From contig JADFZZ010000027.1 in assembly GCA_015232315.1 (NCBI GenBank), positions 482 to 64,481 on the forward strand: a stretch of 64,000 nucleotides of DNA, read 5' to 3'. Both the position numbers and the translations under genes were made by a program. Shown here in pieces: positions 1-7,637 of the stretch. A model generated the notes under the pieces. The model saw only the letters and a program-made list of their open reading frames with translations. It had not been told where the DNA came from and did not search any database. This DNA comes from SAR324 cluster bacterium (GTDB taxonomy: Bacteria; SAR324; NAC60-12). Position 1 is the first letter of the stretch, and the number at the start of each line of letters is the position of its first letter.

Positions 1-34
1 CTGCACAGCTAACAAAATTTCAGGACTCCTCCCC

Positions 35-1615
35 ATGCCGCTATTGGTCACTCAGGCCGACAGTAAAATTTCAGGATTGATACTGGCGTTATTTCTTTTC
101 CTGTGGACATGGGCCTCATGGCCTGTTCTGACCATGGACGTGCGGAACGCGCATGAAGCGGCAGTGCTGTGGTCTGATGAAGGCCGACATATTCGCACTC
201 TGGAAAAAATGAAATCTGAAAAGACTCTGGAACTGCTGCATCCCGCCTATACCGGCGGATATCCCAATTTGTCATTTCTGGTTACAACTGTTGTGGAATG
301 GTGGCCTTTGTCTGAAATGAATCCTGTCATCACGGGTTCCCGCATCACGTCCTGGGGATGTTCCATCTTGATGCTAGGGACTGTTTTCCTGGGTGTCTGG
401 CGGTTGTTCGGGCACTGGGGCTGGGGATTGGTCGCAGTCCTGCTGACAGGAACCCATCGCTGGATACGTTTCTTTGCCGTGACCTTGCACCCGGAACCAC
501 CCATGCTGGCAGGAATCACCATAGCCCTTGTGTCAGGAGCTTTTTATCTGCGGAATCCCCGATTTCATTATCTGGGATGGATGGCCGCCGGGTCCGCACT
601 CGCTATTGGAAGCAAACTTCAGGCATTGATGTTGATTCCATGGATGGCGGTCATTGGACTCACCGGACTTTGGAAAAGTCGTCAAACTTCAGCACAGGTT
701 GTCATAACCTGGGGTATGGGTGCTCTCGGAATCTTTCTTGGTGGTTTGCTGTTGATCACGCCCTGGCAATTGTTGCATCCGCAACGTCTGTGGGAGGGCA
801 TCCAATCCGAACGGAATTTTCAATCCATGAACCATCTCGGCGTGACGGAATGGCTGGAATATATCACGTCCAATGAACTCCTGGGAATCCCGTATTCACT
901 GCTGCTGTCAGGTTTTATCGCAGGGATGCTGTTCCAGTGTTACCGCACGTCATGGAATCTTCGAATCTGGCTGGACAAACCTGAAAATGCCCTGTTTTTT
1001 GGTAGCCTTCTCTGGGTCTGTGTCAGTATGGGGCATGTGATTCTGAGTGTGAATGTTTTGATCGCGCGATACGTGACACATGCGGTTCCCGCCTTGATGC
1101 TGATGCTGACAACGGGGTTGTTCCGGGCCAGAAATTCGCGATGGCCCAAAGGGCTTCAGGCAATGATCCTCCTGTTGCTGATCCTTGGATTGCAGCAACA
1201 AGCCAAACACACCCAGCGTGATTTTGACCGTAGACTTCAGATGTCAGAAAAAATTGCCGGAATCAGGCAGGTTATGAACGAAATTCAGCATCTGGTTCCG
1301 CACGAGGCGGTTATTCTCAGCCCACGGCTACAGTTTATTGAAAGCTCCATATTTCCAAAGGCGCTGGGCATGGAACCCACAGAATCCGTGATTCGTGAAA
1401 CCAGGCCTGAATTTCTGCTACTGCCGGATGATTATCTCCGTTTGTTGAGAAAAGAGGGCGTTGCTGAAAAAATATACACGCAAACTCCGGAATATGTGAC
1501 AAAAGCACAATTCTGGCATAAGCTGAGGGAACATGGTTTTTACGGACAATTCCGTGTTTATCGTTCCTGGCCTGAAGCAAATATCACCCTTTATCAGCGG
1601 AATCATGCGGACTGA
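35..1615 (+). CDS. Polytopic membrane glycosyltransferase, GT-C fold (ArnT/PMT/GT39-like)
   Basis: 526 aa with about 11 hydrophobic segments, an acidic DE motif (WSDE) after TM1, 'GSKLQ' lysine motif, and a soluble C-terminal domain. Confidence 0.6.
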   Translation: MPLLVTQADSKISGLILALFLFLWTWASWPVLTMDVRNAHEAAVLWSDEGRHIRTLEKMKSEKTLELLHPAYTGGYPNLSFLVTTVVEWWPLSEMNPVITGSRITSWGCSILMLGTVFLGVWRLFGHWGWGLVAVLLTGTHRWIRFFAVTLHPEPPMLAGITIALVSGAFYLRNPRFHYLGWMAAGSALAIGSKLQALMLIPWMAVIGLTGLWKSRQTSAQVVITWGMGALGIFLGGLLLITPWQLLHPQRLWEGIQSERNFQSMNHLGVTEWLEYITSNELLGIPYSLLLSGFIAGMLFQCYRTSWNLRIWLDKPENALFFGSLLWVCVSMGHVILSVNVLIARYVTHAVPALMLMLTTGLFRARNSRWPKGLQAMILLLLILGLQQQAKHTQRDFDRRLQMSEKIAGIRQVMNEIQHLVPHEAVILSPRLQFIESSIFPKALGMEPTESVIRETRPEFLLLPDDYLRLLRKEGVAEKIYTQTPEYVTKAQFWHKLREHGFYGQFRVYRSWPEANITLYQRNHAD

Positions 1616-2657
1616 TCATTGTTATCAAGGAATTCTTTACCGACTATGGACATGCGTTGTGTGCCTCATTGTCGCGGGATCATCGTTGTATGCGGAAGAT
1701 TGTTTTGTGCTGGTTGACAAAGCACAGGGAGTTGAGCGTTCGGTGGTGGAAATGATGGCTGTCGCACTGATCAGTGAAAATATCCGACCGGTCAAACCTG
1801 TGACTGCCGCCGCTGAAATCAAACAGGACCAATGTGTGTACCGCGTCGAGTTTGACAGCACCGCTTCAGGCTCAACCCTCACCTTGAGCGGTAAAACTCA
1901 GGCCTCCGGGACATCGCCCAAAACAGGAATTCTGGGATTGAATGAAGCCTTGATGAACGCTGTGAATGTGTCACTCAAGTCGGCCCGGAACGCGCCAGAA
2001 TCAGTGAATCCTTTGGTTCAGGAAGGAGACGACTGGTTTTATGGAAAGAAAAGTTATAAGGATTACACCCAGGCCGCAAAGTGGTATCAGCGCGCCGCGG
2101 AGAAAGGTGTTGTGGAAGGACAGAAAAAACTGGGCTATCTTTATCTGAACGGACTCGGTGTTCCGCGGGAATCAGAAACAGCGTTCAAGTGGTATCAACT
2201 CGCCGCACAGGCAGGCGATCCGGAAGCACAAAACAGCCTGGGCGTTTTATATCAGTATGGCAATGGCGTCACACTCAATTATCCGCAGGCATTATTCTGG
2301 TACATCAAAGCCACCGATCAAGGCAATCCGGACGCCCAGAGCAATCTGGGCTATATGTATCTCAATGGCTATGTTGTCAAAAAAGATCCAAAGACCGCAC
2401 TGTCGTTGTTTCTGAAAGCCGCGGATCAGGGAAATTCCCTGGCCTTTGCCTACATTGGTTATTGTTATCAAATGGGCTATGAGGTTTCAAAGGATGACAT
2501 CAAAGCTGTGGAGTGGTATCGAAAATCCGCTGAAGCCGGCAATCCTTACGGGGCTTCAAGGCTGGCGTATATGTACATGTATGGTTATGGTGTCGAAAAA
2601 AATCAGCAGGAAGCCATGCGCTGGTATGAGCGAGCCTCACAAAAGTCAGGGGAATAA
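1605..2657 (+). CDS. Secreted Sel1-like repeat protein
   Basis: About six 36-aa repeats (AQxxLGxxYxxGxGVxxDxxxAxxWYxKAAxQG) and a signal-peptide-like N-terminus; ATG 1605 overlaps the upstream stop region. Confidence 0.9.
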   Translation: MRTDHCYQGILYRLWTCVVCLIVAGSSLYAEDCFVLVDKAQGVERSVVEMMAVALISENIRPVKPVTAAAEIKQDQCVYRVEFDSTASGSTLTLSGKTQASGTSPKTGILGLNEALMNAVNVSLKSARNAPESVNPLVQEGDDWFYGKKSYKDYTQAAKWYQRAAEKGVVEGQKKLGYLYLNGLGVPRESETAFKWYQLAAQAGDPEAQNSLGVLYQYGNGVTLNYPQALFWYIKATDQGNPDAQSNLGYMYLNGYVVKKDPKTALSLFLKAADQGNSLAFAYIGYCYQMGYEVSKDDIKAVEWYRKSAEAGNPYGASRLAYMYMYGYGVEKNQQEAMRWYERASQKSGE

Positions 2658-2684
2658 CAACGAAGGGGTATCTGACGGACACAC

Positions 2685-2712
2685 GTAGAGATGCGCTATA
2701 GCGCGTCTCTAC
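2685..2712. repeat. Solo GTAG-type REP-like palindrome
   Basis: gtagagatgcgctatagcgcgtctctac; related 28-bp copy at 51478-51505. Confidence 0.75.
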
Positions 2713-2801
2713 AGAACAGCGGGTCAGAATTTTTTCAACGTTCTGTCTTCACTTTGAAAAAAGCAGGCAGTTTCACAATCACCAATGAATGAAGAGGTAC
2801 A

Positions 2802-3251
2802 ATGCACAAGGTTGATGAGTCATGGCTTGAACAATTGTCAGATGATGAAAAAACATGGCTGGCCATTGCCATGGCAGGATTGATTGTTTCAGACGGCGTC
2901 GTGGACGCCAGCGAACTGGAGTATCTGGGAAGCACGATTGCGTTTGTCAAAAATCCTGACACCATCAAACAGATCATTCAACTGGTGCGTGACCGTCGCC
3001 TGCCACCGATGAAAAATCTGAATGTTTCAGGATTGCTGGCGTATCAGATGCTAAAAACCCTGTCTGTCGTTGCGGTGGTGGATAAAAAATTTTCCAGAAA
3101 TGAAGCAGAATTTCTGAAAATCGCCGGAAATCGCCTGGGACTGGACCCGCCATTTATTGAAGAAGTGCTGAAACTGGCCAAAATTCAGGTTCAGTTTCTC
3201 CGGGAAGATGCCCGGTTGAACGAGATTGCCAGTCATATTGTCAGGCAGTGA
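2802..3251 (+). CDS. TerB-family (tellurite resistance-like) protein
   Basis: Two TerB motifs: 'SDGVVDASELEYL' and 'VDKKFSRNEAEFL'. Confidence 0.8.
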   Translation: MHKVDESWLEQLSDDEKTWLAIAMAGLIVSDGVVDASELEYLGSTIAFVKNPDTIKQIIQLVRDRRLPPMKNLNVSGLLAYQMLKTLSVVAVVDKKFSRNEAEFLKIAGNRLGLDPPFIEEVLKLAKIQVQFLREDARLNEIASHIVRQ

Positions 3252-3284
3252 CACTCGTAAAAATATTTAATAGGCATCCTCTGG

Positions 3285-5138
3285 TTGCGTTCAATTATGC
3301 GTTTATTCTCAACACCTCTCATTACCATTTTTATTGTCCTGACCGGAATTCTAAATTTGCGTTCCGGTGTGCTTCTTGCCGCTGAATCTGTCCAATGCCA
3401 TGCAGTGGCTGAAACTGATTTTCCGCAACAGTTGGAACAACTCCGCAATGAACAAGGTTTGCCTGTTTCCTGGGAGGAATATCAACGCCAGACTTCTAAA
3501 ACCATCCTTGAGCTACAGCCGGTTCGCCAGACACAAACCCTTGCGATAAACACGGTTGAGGGAAAACAGGGCACTGCCACCCTGATCAATCTCAACCCCG
3601 TAATCAACATCTGGTTTGTCCTCAAACTTAAATGGAACGATGATTCCATCCAGGAATATCATCTTGAAAATCCCTTTCCAAAAAAACAGCTCTTCAAACT
3701 GCTCGCCGCAAATCCTCCGGAGTTCCAGTTCCAGACAGCCAGCCAGCAATGTTCTTGTGATTTGTGGAACTCCGCTTCCGGCTCTGAATTAGCAAACGCG
3801 ATAAAGCGTAATCGGGCCTATGAGGGACTGTGTGGAAACAATGTGTATTTGCGGAATAAAACAGAAGGCAACAAAACCAATCTGGAAATCGTGACAGACT
3901 GGTTGAGAAATAATGTCTGGGCTGGTGAAGAAATTGTGCGGTTTGTCAAAAATCAGTTTTATCAGGATGCGTTTCTCCAGACCTCAAAAGTCATCGAATC
4001 CCAAGCTGGAGAGCTTGTGTCTATCGTGCCGTCGGGGCCGCTCCCTCCAAAAATCAATCCCGACTATCAGGGGTACCTGCTGAACGCTCCTGAACGTGGT
4101 TTGCGGTTGAGTGCCATGACAGGCTCTGAACTGCTGGTTGGAGCGTGGTATCCTGTGCAGGATCTCCCCGGTGTTTTCCTGAGTGTTGTTCAGCCTCAAC
4201 TTGTGGCCCAAGACATCCTTGAAAAGCAAAAAAAACTGACCAATCCCCTGGATGAAATCGAAAATGAGGCTCTGGTCTATATGGTGGCTTTTGATCTGAA
4301 TCAACTGGAAATGGGATTTGCAATGGGGACCGAACATCCCCGTGTGGATTGGTCAGAACGTGTGCAGGACGAGGTGCTGGAACGTTCCCTGCCCGGACCA
4401 GATGGCATCGCAACGGTGGCACCCCTGGCTATGACAGGCAGAGTTCCTCCCTACAGGGTGAAACAGACAGTTGCCACGTTTATTGGCGGCTTCAAACGCT
4501 TGCATGGCGCATTCAAATGGGGCGAACTGGCTAAAACAAATCATGGCCATCACTATGGTTTTATCGAGAACGGCGTCATTTTGAGCAAATTGCAACCCTC
4601 CCTGGCCACCGTGGTAGTTTATAACAATGGTCAGGTTGCCTTGAAAACATGGACGGCAAGAGAAGATCAATTTCTGCCAACCATCCGTCATGCCCGTCAA
4701 AACGGTGTTCCCTTGATTGATCAGGATGCTACCGGCAACATCAAACCGGGAGCGTATGTCAAAAACTGGGGGCAGGGAAATTGGTCTGGTTCCGCAGAAC
4801 AACGGTTCCGCACCTTGAGAGCCGGACTGGGATTTCAGCCCAATAAGGGAAAAGGATTTTTGCTGTATGGATTGTTTACCGGAGCCACAACTTCGGCCCT
4901 GGCAAGAGTGTTTGAGGCGTATCAGGTCAACTATGCCATGCAACTGGATATCAATGCGCTGGAACACACCTATCTTGCGGTTTATCCCTTGAAAGATGGA
5001 CAATTTGAAGTCCAGCATCTCATCAAGGGCATGGATGTGCTGGATAAATCGCACAAGGGACAGACGGTTCCACGGTTTATCGGTTTTTCTGACAATCGTG
5101 ATTTTTTTTATATGTTCCGGAAGACGGTGTCACCATGA
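3285..5138 (+). CDS. Secreted protein with C-terminal phosphodiester glycosidase (NAGPA)-like domain
   Basis: Signal peptide; motifs FIGGFK, RQNGVPL, RTLRAGLG, MQLDIN, RDFFY resemble bacterial NAGPA-like proteins. Confidence 0.6.
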   Translation: MRSIMRLFSTPLITIFIVLTGILNLRSGVLLAAESVQCHAVAETDFPQQLEQLRNEQGLPVSWEEYQRQTSKTILELQPVRQTQTLAINTVEGKQGTATLINLNPVINIWFVLKLKWNDDSIQEYHLENPFPKKQLFKLLAANPPEFQFQTASQQCSCDLWNSASGSELANAIKRNRAYEGLCGNNVYLRNKTEGNKTNLEIVTDWLRNNVWAGEEIVRFVKNQFYQDAFLQTSKVIESQAGELVSIVPSGPLPPKINPDYQGYLLNAPERGLRLSAMTGSELLVGAWYPVQDLPGVFLSVVQPQLVAQDILEKQKKLTNPLDEIENEALVYMVAFDLNQLEMGFAMGTEHPRVDWSERVQDEVLERSLPGPDGIATVAPLAMTGRVPPYRVKQTVATFIGGFKRLHGAFKWGELAKTNHGHHYGFIENGVILSKLQPSLATVVVYNNGQVALKTWTAREDQFLPTIRHARQNGVPLIDQDATGNIKPGAYVKNWGQGNWSGSAEQRFRTLRAGLGFQPNKGKGFLLYGLFTGATTSALARVFEAYQVNYAMQLDINALEHTYLAVYPLKDGQFEVQHLIKGMDVLDKSHKGQTVPRFIGFSDNRDFFYMFRKTVSP

Positions 5139-6139
5139 GTAAATATATTCTTATTTTTTGTTTGGTATTTTTTCTGACGGCCTCATTATGTTCGGGACAA
5201 TCCCGAATTGCGGTGACAGCCGAAAAGGAACAACTGTTTCTGCGAATACAACAGAGCCACCATTTGAATGAGTCGCAAACAGCCGCCTTGCGTCATATTT
5301 TTTTCCGATCTCCTGTCCTGAGTCAGGGAAATCCTGCCATCACCCATCACCCTGTGACACGGTCTGAATGTGAACAACAGCGCAAAGATTCAGGCTTGAT
5401 CTATGAAAATCCCGAATTTGAGAAAATTTGCGGGTCGCCCTACATGGCGCCGTTATATGATCCCTCTAAAAACAGACCAGAGGAGGCAAAAGCCTGTGTG
5501 GATCAGTTTGAGTTTCCTGATATCCCCTGCGAATACCCCGTCGTCTGGGTACGCGCAAAGGAAGCCGCTGAAATCTGTTCGGCAATGGGCAAACGCTTGT
5601 GCGATGCCCATGAATGGGAAGGTGCCTGTGCCGGCGCCCTGGAAGACGCGGATTATCGTTTTGATCTGGTCAAGGAACAGACTCTGGAAACCTCCATCCG
5701 GCAGATGCGGGAAGCGCATAACCGCAAACATGGCCCACATAAAAACTGGAGCTATGGTTCTCAATATCAGACCGGGATCTGCGGCGCAAACAGCGTCAAG
5801 GATGAAAAATGCGAGGGCGGACAATGGAACACCTGTGGCTCCAACACCTATCCCACGGGTTTTTTTGCAAAATGCAAAAGTCTTTCGGGGGTGTATGATC
5901 TCAATGGCAATGCCGCAGAACACATGAATCTGCCTCTTGCGGAACAGCAGATGAGTAGCAAGGGTAGCACCCAACTGGGATATACAGAAATGAAAGGAAG
6001 CTGGTTTATTTTTGACAAATACAAAGCCCATGAAGACTGGTGCCGCTGGCGTGCTCCTTTCTGGCATGGCTCAAAAGTGATGGACCCCGACAGCCATCAT
6101 AATTACCATCTGGGTTTCCGTTGCTGTAAAACGCTATAA
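5135..6139 (+). CDS. Cys-rich secreted FGE-sulfatase/SUMF1 (C-type lectin fold) domain protein
   Basis: Motifs 'EAAEICSAMGKRLCDAHEWE', 'GVYDLNGNAAE', terminal 'LGFRCC'; ATGA overlap with the upstream gene. Confidence 0.85.
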   Translation: MSKYILIFCLVFFLTASLCSGQSRIAVTAEKEQLFLRIQQSHHLNESQTAALRHIFFRSPVLSQGNPAITHHPVTRSECEQQRKDSGLIYENPEFEKICGSPYMAPLYDPSKNRPEEAKACVDQFEFPDIPCEYPVVWVRAKEAAEICSAMGKRLCDAHEWEGACAGALEDADYRFDLVKEQTLETSIRQMREAHNRKHGPHKNWSYGSQYQTGICGANSVKDEKCEGGQWNTCGSNTYPTGFFAKCKSLSGVYDLNGNAAEHMNLPLAEQQMSSKGSTQLGYTEMKGSWFIFDKYKAHEDWCRWRAPFWHGSKVMDPDSHHNYHLGFRCCKTL

Positions 6140-6148
6140 AACTTTTAT

Positions 6149-6232
6149 TCAGACTTACATCCCCCTAACCCCCTTGAACCAAGGGGGAATTAATACTCAG
6201 CACCATTCAGAATGCTTAAGTTGACGACATTG
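6149..6232 (-). mobile_element. Partial copy of MITE family A
   Basis: Reverse complement of 12092-12175, ending in TIR cttaagttgacgacattg. Confidence 0.8.
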
Positions 6233-6304
6233 GGCTACCATTCCCGGTATCGTCCTGCCCGGTTCGCCACTCACTGGCTAAACGATGACTAAGGCCACAA
6301 TTAC

Positions 6305-7201
6305 CTACCGCCGCTGAACGGTCAGCATACGATCCAGATGCGTTATGATTCCTTCATCACTCAAAACCGGAGCCAACAGGGGATTTTTCAGAACATCCCT
6401 GATGTTGTAAGCTTTGTCATTGATCCACATGGTTTGATAGACCAGCCGGACTCCATGGCTGTAATCCGCGTATTCCGCGCCATGAAATGTACTGAGTGGT
6501 TGAATCGGAACCCCATCCGGTTTTTGCCAGCCATAAATGGCGATCCTTCCCGGACGTTTATTCAATAAATTGGTCAAGACAATGTCCTTTTTGTGTCCGG
6601 CTGTCAATTCTCCCAACGCGCAACCTTCTTTATTCCTCTGAGCCTTGATGTCCTGCTGGTGTTGCCAATAATATTCAATGGAGCGCATCCTTGGTCCCGG
6701 TTTCATGGTTTGTGGTTTCAATTGACAAGTCGCCTGTTCATAAATGATATCGACCATCCTGGGTGTGGGCAAAATGAAGCCCAGGTCATCGGCAATTTCA
6801 ATGGCTGTGCTATAATTCAGCGGAATCCTCAGAAAATCTTTGTCACTGCCAATGGCCAGATAATCAGGCATGACCCAGATGATGGCCGTGAGAGTTGCGC
6901 CTTCCGGTGTGATGTAGTTAAAACCTACAGGTTTCAATTTTCTCATGAACCCCGGAAGGTTTCCCTGTCTCAGTTCCACCAGTGCCCTGCGTTGCCGTTC
7001 GGAGGCCAGCATATCTCTGGTGATCTCAGCGAATTCTGCACCGGTGACAGCATCGTTCGGACGTCTTGAGATTTGAAAGGGAAAGGGACTGGTTGTCGAT
7101 TTGTTGCCGAAAACAGCAACAATCGTTTGTTCCGCCTGAACGGCAAAGGCTATTAAAACGGCAGTGACAATCAAACACAGGCAACGGAGGATGCATGACA
7201 T
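6305..7201 (-). CDS. Conserved secreted hypothetical protein
   Basis: Signal-like N-terminus from ATG 7201 (the longer ORF call runs into a MITE); motifs PDYLAIGS, LPT, AGHKKD, IAIYGW, PIQPLS, YADYSHGVRLV. Confidence 0.75.
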   Translation of the reverse strand: MSCILRCLCLIVTAVLIAFAVQAEQTIVAVFGNKSTTSPFPFQISRRPNDAVTGAEFAEITRDMLASERQRRALVELRQGNLPGFMRKLKPVGFNYITPEGATLTAIIWVMPDYLAIGSDKDFLRIPLNYSTAIEIADDLGFILPTPRMVDIIYEQATCQLKPQTMKPGPRMRSIEYYWQHQQDIKAQRNKEGCALGELTAGHKKDIVLTNLLNKRPGRIAIYGWQKPDGVPIQPLSTFHGAEYADYSHGVRLVYQTMWINDKAYNIRDVLKNPLLAPVLSDEGIITHLDRMLTVQRR

Positions 7202-7290
7202 ACATTTAACAGGAAGGTCGGAACATTTGCGATTTCCTGCGGAATCGTATTTCCGACGTGGATTGAATACTTCTGCAAGTGGACATTTTT

Positions 7291-7451
7291 CCCGCTGTAA
7301 ATAATTTGGTGATGAACTCCTGTGGCCCTCCACGATGTCATCCCCGGGAAAACGGGGATCCAGGAGTGCGCCGATGGATTCCGTGTCAAGCACGGAATGA
7401 CACCGTGCGATGGTTTGATTCGGTTGCCGTCACCAGAAAATTTAAAGCAAC
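7291..7451 (+). mobile_element. MITE family C (161 bp), 7-bp TSD cattttt
   Basis: Imperfect TIRs gctgtaaataatttggtga / tcaccagaaaatttaaagc; inverted copy at 51161-51321; internal TGTCAT-type REP doublet. Confidence 0.85.
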
Positions 7452-7637
7452 CATTTTTTTTGCAGGAATTCTCACCATATATGCCTGCTTCACAGGCATT
7501 GCAAGCGCTCACTTTTACCTCGCTGGTATTCAGTATTTTTCCGAATTTTCCGAAGAAAATCATTGTTTTCATAGTCCTGACTTGTTATGGTTTTTAAAAA
7601 ATGTGTTCAGTCTACTTTTTTCTTTGAAGGAAATGCC

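Noticed and set aside
5135-7201. Diversity-generating retroelement targeting the CLec-fold proteins
   Set aside because: No reverse transcriptase, and no template/variable repeat pair with adenine-specific mismatches seen
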